Shown here: positions 1 to 9,894 of the stretch, in pieces | Position numbering within the stretch: position 1 is the first letter of the stretch | Layout: the number at the start of each line of letters is the position of its first letter | Source: Elusimicrobiota bacterium | Lineage (GTDB): Bacteria; CG03; SLGR01; JBDRKX01 | Direction of reading: 5' to 3' | Assembly: GCA_043813605.1 (NCBI GenBank) | Contig: JBDRKX010000015.1 | Location: 1-27,922 of the forward strand | DNA: 27,922 nucleotides | The notes under the pieces: model-generated | What the model was told of the DNA's origin: nothing | What the model saw: the letters and a program-made list of their open reading frames with translations, nothing else | Databases searched by the model: none | Made by a program: the position numbers and the translations under genes

Positions 1-176
1 AATAATTGCATTAGAATCAAAATGATTGATGCAATTAAAAAGCTCGGCAATACTTACGAGTATTACCTCTCTTTTTTGTTGTGTATCATACAGCATCTTT
101 CTCGTCTCGGTTCTACATCTCTATTACAACAAATGGGTTAAATAAACTGTTCTGTTAAAGGGTATAATACGGGTAT

Positions 177-205
177 TTGCATTTTAAATGACTATAATTT
201 ATAAT
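177..205 (+). promoter_or_regulatory. Putative sigma70 promoter of the LPS/PTS superoperon
   Basis: TTGCAT (177-182), 17-nt spacer, TATAAT (200-205), in an AT-rich intergenic region upstream of the ORF at 301. Confidence 0.5.
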
Positions 206-300
206 CTTAAGATAATTCAATACGGTCTGATAAATAAGAGGTGAAAGTCCCCGAGAGGTGGATTATATTATATATATTCGGCAATTGGAGCCGTTAAATC

Positions 301-1278
301 ATGGAAAAAGATAATTTATGTAAAGTATTAGAACGTTTTCGCGATAGGAAAATACTGGTAGTAGGAGATATTATCCTGGACAAGTTTATCAGGGGAAAAG
401 TGACAAGGATATCCCCTGAAGCTCCTGTGCCTATAGTAGAAGTCACAAGTGAGGATTATATGCCGGGCGGTGCCGGGAATGTTGTAAATAACCTGCTGGC
501 GCTCGGTACAGGGGTTTATACCGCAGGAGTAACGGGAAAAGATGTTTTCGCGGAGCAGTTGCTGGATATCCTGTCTGGAATGGGAGCTGACACTTCCGGT
601 ATTATTGAAGATCCTTCGAGACCCACAAGCCGCAAAACCCGGATAATAGCAGAACATCAGCAGGTGGTAAGAGCCGACTGTGAACTCAGGGACGAGATAT
701 CAGTTGATCTGGCTGCCCGGATTATCGGCTATATAAATGAAATTGCGCAGGAAATAGATGGTATTATCATCTCGGATTACGGTAAAGGACTTGTAACAAG
801 TGACTTGATAGAATGCTGCATAAAGAATGCGAAGAAGAGGAACATACCTGTAGTGGTTGACCCGCAGGCCGGGCATTTTTTTGAGTATAAGGATGTAACG
901 TCAATTACTCCTAATGTAAAAGAAGCCGGTGAAGCATTGAAAGTAGATATTGTAGACGAGGAGAGCCTGGTTAATACCGGGAAAAGACTGCTTGAAGAAC
1001 TCCATGCTCAATCAATACTGGTAACAAGGGGAGAGAAGGGCATGTCGCTTTTTCTTAAAGACGGCAGTGTAGAGAGCATCCCGGCAAAAGCAAGGGAAGT
1101 ATTTGATGTCTCAGGCGCCGGAGATACTGTAGTAAGCGTTTTTACACTGGGTCTGACTATAGGATTGGATTTTCTGGATTCAGCCGTATTGTCGAATTAT
1201 GCCGCCGCCGTAGTCGTAGGTAAACTGGGGACTGCTACTGTTTCCGTTGAAGAGCTGGCCAGAGAGATAGGGAAATAA
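301..1278 (+). CDS. rfaE1: D-glycero-beta-D-manno-heptose-7-phosphate kinase (stand-alone HldE kinase domain, PfkB family)
   Basis: Motifs GDIILD, RISPEAPVP, GGAGNV, SDYGKG, DVSGAGDTV; GGAG RBS; no adenylyltransferase domain fused. Confidence 0.93.
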   Translation: MEKDNLCKVLERFRDRKILVVGDIILDKFIRGKVTRISPEAPVPIVEVTSEDYMPGGAGNVVNNLLALGTGVYTAGVTGKDVFAEQLLDILSGMGADTSGIIEDPSRPTSRKTRIIAEHQQVVRADCELRDEISVDLAARIIGYINEIAQEIDGIIISDYGKGLVTSDLIECCIKNAKKRNIPVVVDPQAGHFFEYKDVTSITPNVKEAGEALKVDIVDEESLVNTGKRLLEELHAQSILVTRGEKGMSLFLKDGSVESIPAKAREVFDVSGAGDTVVSVFTLGLTIGLDFLDSAVLSNYAAAVVVGKLGTATVSVEELAREIGK

Positions 1279-1280
1279 GC

Positions 1281-1994
1281 ATGAAATGCATCGCAGTCAT
1301 CCCGGCCAGGATATCATCTACGAGACTTAAGGAAAAACCTCTTGTTGACGTGGGGGGGAAACCGCTGATACAGCGTGTATATGAAAAAGCGTTGAAACTC
1401 AATAATGTGGCGGCTGTAGTTATTGCAACAGATTCAGAAAAAATAGTTGAGGCAGCCAGGATGTTCGGGGCTGACTGCAGGTTGACTCCATCCGATCTGA
1501 AATCGGGTTCCGACAGGGTGTATTATACATGCAGAGAATTCTTTAAAGACGCTGAACTTATAGTGAATCTGCAGGGAGACGAGCCTTTCATTGATGAAAA
1601 GTTTGTCGATAGGTTAATAGAAGATGCTCTGCAGGGTCCGGATGGAGTGTATTCAGCTTACTCTCAGGTAGCTCGTGAAACTGCGGATGACAGTTCGGTT
1701 GTAAAAGTCGTAGTCGACAGGGATGATTATGCTCTGTATTTTTCCCGGGCTCTGATACCCGGAGGCGCCGAGATATACAAAAAGCACCTGGGAATATATA
1801 TCTGGAGAGCGGATATGCTGGAAAAGTTTACCCGGACAGCGCCTACTCCATTGGAAAAGACGGAAAAGCTGGAACAGTTGAGAGTACTGGAAACCGGCGG
1901 GAAGATAAAAATGAAAGAGTGCTGTTCCGATTCTCTCGGTATTGACACGGTTGAGGATCTTGAACTTGCAATAAGGCGGCTGGATGAAAACTAA
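1281..1994 (+). CDS. kdsB: 3-deoxy-manno-octulosonate cytidylyltransferase
   Basis: IPARISSTRL..KPL, SGSDR, VNLQGDEP, LYFSRA, HLGIY, LEQLR motifs. Confidence 0.95.
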   Translation: MKCIAVIPARISSTRLKEKPLVDVGGKPLIQRVYEKALKLNNVAAVVIATDSEKIVEAARMFGADCRLTPSDLKSGSDRVYYTCREFFKDAELIVNLQGDEPFIDEKFVDRLIEDALQGPDGVYSAYSQVARETADDSSVVKVVVDRDDYALYFSRALIPGGAEIYKKHLGIYIWRADMLEKFTRTAPTPLEKTEKLEQLRVLETGGKIKMKECCSDSLGIDTVEDLELAIRRLDEN

Positions 1995-3603
1995 ATATAT
2001 ATTTGTAACAGGCGGAGTCGTATCGTCCCTTGGAAAAGGAATAACCGCAGCTTCTATAGGCTGTCTGCTTTCCCGGAGCGGACTGAAGGTCAACCTGATA
2101 AAGATGGATCCTTATTTGAACGTTGATCCGGGTACAATGAACCCTTTTCAACATGGAGAAGTATTTGTAACATCTGACGGTGCAGAGACCGATCTTGACC
2201 TGGGGCATTATGAAAGGTTTGTAGGCAAGAATATGTCCAGAGAAAACAATACGACTTCAGGAGAGATATATTCCAGTGTGATCGCCAAGGAGAGAAAAGG
2301 AGAATACCTGGGCAAGACTATACAGGTTATTCCGCATATCACTGATGAGATAAAATCCATGCTCTTCAGACTTTCCGGGAAAAGTGATATAGTCATTGTC
2401 GAAATAGGCGGTACTGTCGGTGATATTGAAAGCCATCCTTTCCTTGAAGCGATAAGGCAGATACCCCGTGATGTAGGACGGGAAAATGTCGCTTATATCC
2501 ATCTGACTCTTATCCCGTATATAAGGGCGGCCGGTGAAATAAAGACGAAACCTACTCAGCAGAGCGTAGCAAAACTGAGAGAAATAGGTATAGAACCGGA
2601 TATGATAATGACAAGATCGGAAATGCCTATAAGTATTGACGCTAAAAAGAAAATCAGTCTATTCTGTAATGTCGGAGTGGATTATGTCATCCAACAGCCG
2701 GATGTAAAAAACACGGTATACGAAGTCCCTCTCATGCTGATAAACCAGAAAGTTGATGAAAAGATAATGCGTCTGCTTTCCATCAGCGGAATGGCGGCGG
2801 ATATGGGGGACTGGAAGAAGATGGTAGATTCCATGATCAATACCAGTGGAATTGTTACTATCGGGATTGCCGGGAAATATACTGAAGTCAAAGATGCTTA
2901 CATGAGCATCTTTGAAGCGCTCAAACATTGCGGGAGCAGTCATAATGTAGCTGTTAACTGCAGGTATCTCGATGTGGAGAAAGCTGATCTGAAGAAAGAG
3001 ATGAGAGAAGTCGATGGTATCATTGTGCCCGGAGGATTCGGAGAAAGAGGTATTGAAGAGAAGATAAACATGGTAAGGCTTTGCAGGGAAAATGACATAC
3101 CCTTCCTTGGTATTTGTTTAGGATTTCAATGTATGGTGATAGATTTTGCCCGTAATGTTATGGGATTTAAACGGGCTAATTCCACTGAATTCTCCGGCAA
3201 TACCCCATATCCTGTTATTTCTCTTACTTCTTCACAGAAGAATGTGAAACACAAGGGCGGCACAATGCGGCTCGGGAATTATAAATGCTCTGTAAAAAAT
3301 AAAACGCTGGCTTACAGCGCATACAGAAAGAACACTGTACTGGAAAGACACAGACACAGGTATGAAGTGAATAGGAAATATCTAAAAACTTTTGAAAATA
3401 ACGGGCTCGTGGCCAGCGGAGTCGATTCGGAATCAGGTCTTGTTGAAATAATGGAGCTTACGGATAAGAGATGGTTCCTGGGCTGTCAGTTCCATCCGGA
3501 GTTTACTTCAACGCCTATAAAACCGAACAGGCTGTTTAACGGGTTTGTCGGAGCATGCCGAAAGTATAATGCTGAAAAGGCTAACCCGGTGAAAGAGCGG
3601 TAA
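1984..3603 (+). CDS. pyrG: CTP synthase
   Basis: KYIFVTGGVVSSLGKG, DPYLNVDPGTM, GICLG, ERHRHRYE, QFHPEF. Confidence 0.98.
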   Translation: MKTKYIFVTGGVVSSLGKGITAASIGCLLSRSGLKVNLIKMDPYLNVDPGTMNPFQHGEVFVTSDGAETDLDLGHYERFVGKNMSRENNTTSGEIYSSVIAKERKGEYLGKTIQVIPHITDEIKSMLFRLSGKSDIVIVEIGGTVGDIESHPFLEAIRQIPRDVGRENVAYIHLTLIPYIRAAGEIKTKPTQQSVAKLREIGIEPDMIMTRSEMPISIDAKKKISLFCNVGVDYVIQQPDVKNTVYEVPLMLINQKVDEKIMRLLSISGMAADMGDWKKMVDSMINTSGIVTIGIAGKYTEVKDAYMSIFEALKHCGSSHNVAVNCRYLDVEKADLKKEMREVDGIIVPGGFGERGIEEKINMVRLCRENDIPFLGICLGFQCMVIDFARNVMGFKRANSTEFSGNTPYPVISLTSSQKNVKHKGGTMRLGNYKCSVKNKTLAYSAYRKNTVLERHRHRYEVNRKYLKTFENNGLVASGVDSESGLVEIMELTDKRWFLGCQFHPEFTSTPIKPNRLFNGFVGACRKYNAEKANPVKER

Positions 3604-3617
3604 AAATCTAAAGAAAA

Positions 3618-4415
3618 ATGAATAAAGTCAAGATCGGAAATATTGAAATAGGAGAAAGAAAAGATCCTGTATTCATTGCCGGGCCATGTGTGATCGAGGA
3701 TTATGAGATGTTTGATAAAACCGCCCGGTTCCTGAACTCTCTTGCGGTCAGGGACAGGGTTATACTGAAATGTTCATATGATAAGGCTAACCGGACTTCG
3801 GCTGAAGCTTTCAGGGGCCCCGGACTGGAAAAAGGGATGTCAATGATATCCGAAATCAAGAACAGGTATGGTCTGCCGGTGCTTGCCGATGTACATTGCA
3901 GGCAGGATGTGGATATAGTGGCAGGGACAGTCGATTGTATTCAGGTGCCGGCTTTTCTCTGCCGGCAGACGGATCTGCTTCTTGCCGCTGCGAATACTGG
4001 TAAACCTGTAAACATCAAAAAAGGGCAATTTATGAGTCCATGGGCCATGCGGTATCAGGCAGAAAAAATAATAAATGCCGGGAATTCTCAGGTATTACTG
4101 ACAGAAAGGGGAAGTACTTTCGGCTATGATGAGCTTATTGTAGACATGAGGTCAATACTTATAATGCGCCGGGAAGGTATTCCCGTCCTGTTCGATGCCA
4201 CCCATTCACAGCAGCGTCCGCCGACTGATATCGATTCGACAGGCGGCAGAAAAGAATTCATTATTCCCCTGGCAAGGGCGGCAGCGGCAGCAGGGGCTGA
4301 CGGTATTTACTGTGAAATACACCCTGATCCGGAAAATGCAAAGAGTGACAGCGGTACTCAACTGGGATTCGGAGAATTTGAGGAACTTGTATATGAAGTG
4401 TCCCGCGTGTGGTAA
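3618..4415 (+). CDS. kdsA: KDO 8-phosphate synthase
   Basis: IAGPCVIE, DKANRTS, PAFLCRQTDL, KKGQF, ERGSTFGY, DATHS. Confidence 0.96.
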   Translation: MNKVKIGNIEIGERKDPVFIAGPCVIEDYEMFDKTARFLNSLAVRDRVILKCSYDKANRTSAEAFRGPGLEKGMSMISEIKNRYGLPVLADVHCRQDVDIVAGTVDCIQVPAFLCRQTDLLLAAANTGKPVNIKKGQFMSPWAMRYQAEKIINAGNSQVLLTERGSTFGYDELIVDMRSILIMRREGIPVLFDATHSQQRPPTDIDSTGGRKEFIIPLARAAAAAGADGIYCEIHPDPENAKSDSGTQLGFGEFEELVYEVSRVW

Positions 4416-4566
4416 ACTGAATAAGGAAAAAAGAGAACGCTGCAAGCATTGCGGTATATCTATGGTTGAATCATGGCAGCCGTCGTTGAAGTGGAATATA
4501 AAGGTGTTATGTATCATCTACGGTGTGCTCATACTGCTGTATATAATTGCCAAGGTGGTATTATGA
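4393..4566 (+). CDS. Small zinc-ribbon (CxxC-x11-CxxC) protein with C-terminal transmembrane helix, 57 aa
   Basis: MKCPACGKLNKEKRERCKHCG...WNIKVLCIIYGVLILLYIIAKVVL; GAGGA upstream of ATG 4393; stop overlaps the kdsD start (ATGA); fills the kdsA-kdsD gap. Confidence 0.75.
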   Translation: MKCPACGKLNKEKRERCKHCGISMVESWQPSLKWNIKVLCIIYGVLILLYIIAKVVL

Positions 4567-5519
4567 TACTAAAAAAAGCAAGAGAACTGCTGATAGAAGA
4601 AGGGAATGCCCTGAAAAAGATGGCAGAGCATCTTGATGCTGAATTTGAAAAAGCAGTCAGGATACTTCTTAAAACTGAAGGGAAGATAGTAGTCATAGGT
4701 ATTGGTAAATCCGGCCTTATAGGCAGGAAGATAGCGGCTACATTATCATCTACCGGTTCGCCTTCGATATTTATGCATGCAGCGGAAGGCCTTCACGGCG
4801 ATATAGGTGTAATAGACGGAAGGGATACGGTTATCATATTGTCTTACAGCGGTACTACGGAAGAAATTGCAATGGTGATCGCCTATGTAAACAGGTTGAA
4901 TACGCCGGTTGTACTGGTTACGGGCAACCGCGATTCCGAACTTGCAAAAAATTGCGCCGCTGTTATCGAGATAAAGATAGACAGGGAAGCATGCCCCATG
5001 AATCTTGTCCCGACCACATCGACTACCGCCATGCTGGCTGTAGGCGATGCGCTGGCTGTCTGCCTGCTTGATGAAAAAGGCTTTAAACCGGAAGATTTCG
5101 CTTCACTGCATCCCGGCGGTACACTGGGTAAGAAACTGCTGCTTAAAGTCGATGATATTATAAAAAGAACAGGCGGGAATCCTGTCGTGAGTTCCGGCAG
5201 TACGGTGAAAGATGCTCTTATAGAGATGACCAGAACGCGTATCGGAGCGACATCTGTAGTGGATGATAAAGGATGTATTATAGGTTATTTTACCGATGGT
5301 GACCTCAGGCGTCATCTGCAGGAAGATCCCGATATAATAAATAAACAGATAGATTCTGTAATGACTTCCGATCCCAGGAAGATCAGCTCAGGCAGCCTGG
5401 CAATAGAGGCCAGGGAAATACTGAAAAAATACAATTTTGATAATATCCCTGTTGTTGATCCGGATGGAAAACCTGTAGGTGTAATAGACGAACGCGATAT
5501 TATCCGTGAGGGATTGTGA
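4563..5519 (+). CDS. kdsD: Arabinose-5-phosphate isomerase (KpsF/GutQ family, SIS plus CBS pair)
   Basis: GIGKSGLIG, HGDIG, PTTSTT, HPGGTLG, TDGDLRR; start taken as ATG 4563 (AAGGTGG upstream) rather than 4473. Confidence 0.93.
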   Translation: MILKKARELLIEEGNALKKMAEHLDAEFEKAVRILLKTEGKIVVIGIGKSGLIGRKIAATLSSTGSPSIFMHAAEGLHGDIGVIDGRDTVIILSYSGTTEEIAMVIAYVNRLNTPVVLVTGNRDSELAKNCAAVIEIKIDREACPMNLVPTTSTTAMLAVGDALAVCLLDEKGFKPEDFASLHPGGTLGKKLLLKVDDIIKRTGGNPVVSSGSTVKDALIEMTRTRIGATSVVDDKGCIIGYFTDGDLRRHLQEDPDIINKQIDSVMTSDPRKISSGSLAIEAREILKKYNFDNIPVVDPDGKPVGVIDERDIIREGL

Positions 5520-5520
5520 C

Positions 5521-6057
5521 ATGAAGGCTCAATTAAAAGAAAAACTCTCTAAGATCAAAATAATATTTATGGATATCGACGGTGTGCTTAATGACGGCCG
5601 CGTGGTCTTTCATGGAGGAGAGTCACCCAAAACATGGTATGTCAGGGACAGGCTGGGGATGATGATAATGAAGAGAAGAAAGGATCCTGATATAAAACTT
5701 GTCTGGATCTCCGGCAGGCAGTCAAGTGAACTGGAAACAAGAGCGCAGGAACTGGGTGTGGATGATGTGTTTTCTGATGTTGAGGATAAATTAAAAATAA
5801 TGAAAGAAGTCCTGTCCGGTTACGGGCTGGAATTTTCTGATGCTATGTATATCGGCGATGACATTATAGATATAGGATGTATGGAAAAAGCCGGAGTAAG
5901 CTGTTGTCCCCGGGATGCAGCGGAAGACATAAGGGAAATGGCTGACTATGTCAGTACCTGCGACGGCGGAAGAGGCGCTGTCAGGGAGATAATAGAGGAG
6001 ATACTGCGCGCCAGGGGCGAGTGGAAAGAAATAGTTGAAAGCTTTAAAGAAACTTAA
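5521..6057 (+). CDS. kdsC: KDO 8-phosphate phosphatase (HAD family)
   Basis: DIDGVLNDG, ISGR, YIGDDIID, GGRGAVRE; ATG 5521 directly after the kdsD stop. Confidence 0.92.
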   Translation: MKAQLKEKLSKIKIIFMDIDGVLNDGRVVFHGGESPKTWYVRDRLGMMIMKRRKDPDIKLVWISGRQSSELETRAQELGVDDVFSDVEDKLKIMKEVLSGYGLEFSDAMYIGDDIIDIGCMEKAGVSCCPRDAAEDIREMADYVSTCDGGRGAVREIIEEILRARGEWKEIVESFKET

Positions 6058-6943
6058 TAAAACTAAAACAGTCAAGATACTGAGGCATTTTCTTCTAATT
6101 GAAGTTCTCGTATCTTTTCTTGTGATTGTAGTTCTTCTTCCTTACAAGGTATCTCTATTGTTGGGAAGATACATAGGATTTCTGGTCTGTTATACGGCCG
6201 TCCGTTATAAAAAGGTTGTAGAGAATAACCTCAGAATGGCATTTCCTGAATATTCTTATAAAGAGATAATCAGAATAAGAGACGATGTCTTCAGGAATGT
6301 AGGAATGAATTTTGTTGAATTTGCTTTACTTAATTTCCGGTCAAGGGAATTCTGGCTGAAAAAGATAAGTATACGGGGAAAGAGTGTGCTTGATAAAAAT
6401 CTGAATAAAGGCAGCGGGATCGTAATGGTTTCAGCGCATATAGGCAATTGGGAGCTTATGGGGGCTTATCTGTCGATGCGGGGATATCCTTTAACCGTTA
6501 TAGCCAGGGAAGTATACGAAAAAAGGCTCAACTGGCTCTTGAAGAATATGCGGATGAGGATGGGGATCAAGACTATAGGCCGTGACGGGAAAAGCAATAT
6601 GAGAAAGATGATAGCAACAGTCAGAAAAGGTGAGATACTCGGGATACTGATCGATCAGGATACCAGGGTAGGGGGCGTGTTCGTCGATTTTTTCGGTATG
6701 CCGGCATATACTCCGACTGCCGTATCACAATTCGCAAGGGTAAAAAATTCCGTTGTAGTTCCGGGTTTTATGTTTAGAAAAAAAGATTTGAGTCATGAAG
6801 TGATTCTGATGGAACCGGTGCCCGGAGGAGTTGACGAGATAAAAGAGACTCAGGAATATACGGCTATTATAGAGAGTATGATAAGAAAGGAACCGGCGCA
6901 GTGGGTATGGATGCATCCGAGATGGAAAACGCAGCCATGCTGA
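6035..6943 (+). CDS. Lipid A biosynthesis acyltransferase (LpxL/HtrB family)
   Basis: N-terminal TM helix, HIGNWE, LIDQD, VDFFG, PAQWVWMHPRWK; TTG start uncertain. Confidence 0.88.
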   Translation: MKALKKLNKTKTVKILRHFLLIEVLVSFLVIVVLLPYKVSLLLGRYIGFLVCYTAVRYKKVVENNLRMAFPEYSYKEIIRIRDDVFRNVGMNFVEFALLNFRSREFWLKKISIRGKSVLDKNLNKGSGIVMVSAHIGNWELMGAYLSMRGYPLTVIAREVYEKRLNWLLKNMRMRMGIKTIGRDGKSNMRKMIATVRKGEILGILIDQDTRVGGVFVDFFGMPAYTPTAVSQFARVKNSVVVPGFMFRKKDLSHEVILMEPVPGGVDEIKETQEYTAIIESMIRKEPAQWVWMHPRWKTQPC

Positions 6944-7458
6944 GAGCAGGTATATTGCTGTCTATGTTTGTATTGTCCGGGTGTTCAGATCCTGCGCATG
7001 ATGACCGGAACCGGTTTACTGTCGGTCTGGAATCAAAAAAATCAATAGAGAATTTCACACTTGTAGAAACCGAGGGCAGCAGAAAAAAATGGGTGATGAA
7101 TGCAGTCTCAGCGTCGTTCAGGGAAAATGTCGAAGAGGAGCTTCTGGATATAGAAGATTTTGAAGTAGAATTCTATGAAAACGATAAAAAAGCTACAGTT
7201 TTTTTGAAAGCTCAAAAAGGCACATACAGTAAAGATACAGAAATGCTCCATACTTTCGGAAGGGTTGAGCTTAAGGCTGAAGATAAGACCATTGTGACAG
7301 AAGATGTCGTCTGGGATCCTGTGAAAGAACTGTTTATAACAGAAAAAGATGTGACTGTAACGACATTGCAGGGAGTTATTAAAGGAGTGGGAATGGAAGC
7401 TTCGAGGGACCTGGAGGATATAAAGATAAAAAACAGGATAAAGGGGGAACTGCGTTGA
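6937..7458 (+). CDS. lptC: LPS export periplasmic protein LptC, apparently a lipoprotein
   Basis: Position before lptA/lptB; beta-jellyroll-like pattern (TEDVVWDP, IKGVGMEAS); LSGC lipobox after the hydrophobic N-terminus when started at ATG 6937. Confidence 0.75.
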   Translation: MLRAGILLSMFVLSGCSDPAHDDRNRFTVGLESKKSIENFTLVETEGSRKKWVMNAVSASFRENVEEELLDIEDFEVEFYENDKKATVFLKAQKGTYSKDTEMLHTFGRVELKAEDKTIVTEDVVWDPVKELFITEKDVTVTTLQGVIKGVGMEASRDLEDIKIKNRIKGELR

Positions 7459-8114
7459 TAAAGAGACCGGCTATGGTCCTGGTGATGACTCTCGTTCTTT
7501 CCGGCGCTGCTGCCGCAAAGATCAATATAGACAGCAAATCGGTAAAATTCCTCGAACGCGGTAATATAACAGAGTTTATCGGCGATGTGTTTATAACAGA
7601 AGAAAACATGGATATGACAGCAGACAGGGCTGTTTCAAATAAAAAAGAAGGGACTGTCGAAGCGGCCGGTAATGTTCATATGAATTACAGTTCAAGTACA
7701 TGGAATGTGGAAGCCTGGTGTGACAATATTATGATAATTACTGAGAATAAAAAATACATACTTACCGGGAATGTCAGGACAATACATAAAACACAAGAGG
7801 GTGATACAATCGATGTGACAGAGATATCAGCTGACAGGATAATAATGGAGAATGCTGTTGACCGCCGGATAATATTCGAGGATAATGTCAGGACAAAAAG
7901 ACAGGATATAACAGTGATGTCTGACCGGGCTGTTTACTCGAGGGATGATGACAGGATCGATTTTACGGGTTCACCATCGGCTGAAAGTATATTTGAAGAC
8001 ACAGCCGCCGAATATTCCGGTGATGTGATAACGGTCTTTCTTGATGAAGAGAGAATAAGGATAACCGGCAGAGCGCATACAAGGATATATAAAGAAGATG
8101 ACATTGAGATGTGA
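7455..8114 (+). CDS. lptA: LptA/OstA-like periplasmic LPS transport protein
   Basis: Signal peptide, repeated OstA-like motifs (FIGDV, ADRAV, AAGNV, LTGNV, FTGSP); lies between lptC and lptB. Confidence 0.75.
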   Translation: MIKRPAMVLVMTLVLSGAAAAKINIDSKSVKFLERGNITEFIGDVFITEENMDMTADRAVSNKKEGTVEAAGNVHMNYSSSTWNVEAWCDNIMIITENKKYILTGNVRTIHKTQEGDTIDVTEISADRIIMENAVDRRIIFEDNVRTKRQDITVMSDRAVYSRDDDRIDFTGSPSAESIFEDTAAEYSGDVITVFLDEERIRITGRAHTRIYKEDDIEM

Positions 8115-8817
8115 AAACCTTCTGAAATCCTACAGGGGAAGGAATGTGGTGGACGGTGTGTCCATAAATGTTGATGCCGGTGAGATAGTAGGGCTTCTGG
8201 GTCCGAACGGGGCGGGGAAAACAACCACATTTAATATGGTGGCGGGACTCATCAAACCGCTTGAGGGGGGGGTGTTCCTTGAAAAGCGTGAAATAACGAC
8301 TATGCCGATGTATGAGAGAGCCCTGCTCGGGATAGGATATCTTACCCAGGAACCTTCGATTTTCAGGAACCTGTCGGTAGAGAACAATCTGAAAGCTGTC
8401 CTGGAAACCATGTACAGGGACACTGAAAAAATAGAACAAAAATGTGATTCTCTTCTTAATAAGCTTGGAATATCGGCTTTGCGGAAACAGAGGGCGCTGC
8501 TGCTTTCCGGCGGAGAGAAAAGACGGGTGGAAATAGCGCGCGCTCTTATAAGGGAACCTAAGATCATGCTGCTGGATGAGCCTTTCGTAGGTATAGATCC
8601 TATTGCAGTATCTGACATACAGAAGATCATAGACGATTTCAGGGATGAAGGATTGGGAATACTTGTAACCGATCATAATGTAAGGGAAACATTACAGATA
8701 ATAGACAGGGCATACATAATGTACGAGGGTAAGATACTTCTTTCGGGTACAAGGGACGAACTCCTGAACTCCCCGGCGGCAAGGAAGGTTTATCTGGGAA
8801 GTAAATTCAGGATGTAA
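8098..8817 (+). CDS. lptB: LPS export ABC transporter ATP-binding protein
   Basis: GPNGAGKTT, QEPSIFR, LSGGEKRRVEIAR, LDEPFVGIDP, TDHNVRETL, YLG. Confidence 0.96.
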   Translation: MTLRCENLLKSYRGRNVVDGVSINVDAGEIVGLLGPNGAGKTTTFNMVAGLIKPLEGGVFLEKREITTMPMYERALLGIGYLTQEPSIFRNLSVENNLKAVLETMYRDTEKIEQKCDSLLNKLGISALRKQRALLLSGGEKRRVEIARALIREPKIMLLDEPFVGIDPIAVSDIQKIIDDFRDEGLGILVTDHNVRETLQIIDRAYIMYEGKILLSGTRDELLNSPAARKVYLGSKFRM

Positions 8818-8837
8818 GATCAAAGGAGTTAAAAAAG

Positions 8838-9383
8838 ATGAAATTTAATATCACTGCAAGGCATATCGAACTGACTCCCGCATTAAGGGAATATGCAGAA
8901 AAACGTGTCGGACAGGTCAGGAAGTATTCAAGGCAGGTCACTAATGCGCATGTAGTGCTGAATGTCGAAAAGGACCGGCATATTGCAGAAGTTACTATAG
9001 GTGTTTCAAAGAATAAGATAAACGCTAAAGCCATAGCAGGAGACATGTATGCGGCGCTTGATATTGTGATGGATAAAGTAAATAAACAGCTCAAGAAACA
9101 TGTTGATAAGATGAAAAACCACAAGATAAGCCAGTCCTACTCGGAGATGGCGGATATGGTCTGGCATGACTTGGAGGATAATGAAATACAGCTGCCGATA
9201 CCTGAACCTGAGCTAAGGGAAATAAGAGAGCTCAAAATAAAACAGCAGACTGTCCGCCAGGCTCTTGAGACCATAGAGAGCAGGGATCTTAATTTCTGGA
9301 TATTCAAAGACGTTAAAGAAGATTCTATAAATATAATTTTTAAAAAAGAAGATGGTACAAACGGCATGATAATCGTACGCTGA
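8838..9383 (+). CDS. hpf: Ribosome hibernation promoting factor (long HPF/RaiA)
   Basis: ITARHIELTPALREYAEKR, DMYAALD, C-terminal S30AE-like extension; AAGGAG RBS. Confidence 0.88.
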   Translation: MKFNITARHIELTPALREYAEKRVGQVRKYSRQVTNAHVVLNVEKDRHIAEVTIGVSKNKINAKAIAGDMYAALDIVMDKVNKQLKKHVDKMKNHKISQSYSEMADMVWHDLEDNEIQLPIPEPELREIRELKIKQQTVRQALETIESRDLNFWIFKDVKEDSINIIFKKEDGTNGMIIVR

Positions 9384-9435
9384 TATGTATAATATATCCC
9401 GGATGCAGGAAGTGTAAGTAATACAGGAGGCAGTT

Positions 9436-9891
9436 GTGAGAATAAAGGATTTTTTGAGTATTAACTGCGTTAAGCTGGATCTTGAAAAAGTTAGAAAAGA
9501 GGAACATATAACGGAAATGGTAAAAATCCTCATAGATACAGGAAAAATTAAGAAAACTGATACGAAGAAGATAACGGAAAAACTGATGGACAGGGAGAGA
9601 CTCGGATCCACCGGAATAGGCGCCGGTGTTGCGATACCTCATATAAAGACGAATTGTATTTCTTCCACAACGGGTGCTCTGGGGGTTTCATCAAAAGGTA
9701 TAGAATACGATTCACTGGACGGGGAACCGGTATATATATCATTTCTTCTTTTAACACCGGTTGATGCGACAAACGAACATCTCATCGCCATATCCGAGAT
9801 ATCGCATTTTTTAAAGGACAGGTTTTACAGGGACGAATTGAGAAATGTGCAGAATGTTAAGCAAGCTTACAAAATAATAAACAGAGTTTAA
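9436..9891 (+). CDS. ptsN: PTS EIIA (fructose/Ntr type)
   Basis: RERLGSTGIGAGVAIPH, YDSLDGEPV; AGGAGG RBS with GTG start. Confidence 0.85.
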   Translation: MRIKDFLSINCVKLDLEKVRKEEHITEMVKILIDTGKIKKTDTKKITEKLMDRERLGSTGIGAGVAIPHIKTNCISSTTGALGVSSKGIEYDSLDGEPVYISFLLLTPVDATNEHLIAISEISHFLKDRFYRDELRNVQNVKQAYKIINRV

Positions 9892-9894
9892 TCA

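Noticed and set aside
1..96. Minus-strand frame MLYDTQQKREVILVSIAELF.. open to the window edge
   Set aside because: Only 32 codons visible, weak RBS, no recognisable motif
236..262. GGTGAAAGTCCCCGAGAGGTGG resembles the 5' part of an FMN riboswitch
   Set aside because: The remaining conserved FMN elements are absent, there is too little room before ATG 301, and the downstream gene is unrelated to riboflavin
4195..4562. Longer ORF-track starts for the Zn-ribbon ORF (4195) and kdsD (4473)
   Set aside because: They overlap neighbouring genes extensively; RBS and stop/start coupling favour 4393 and 4563
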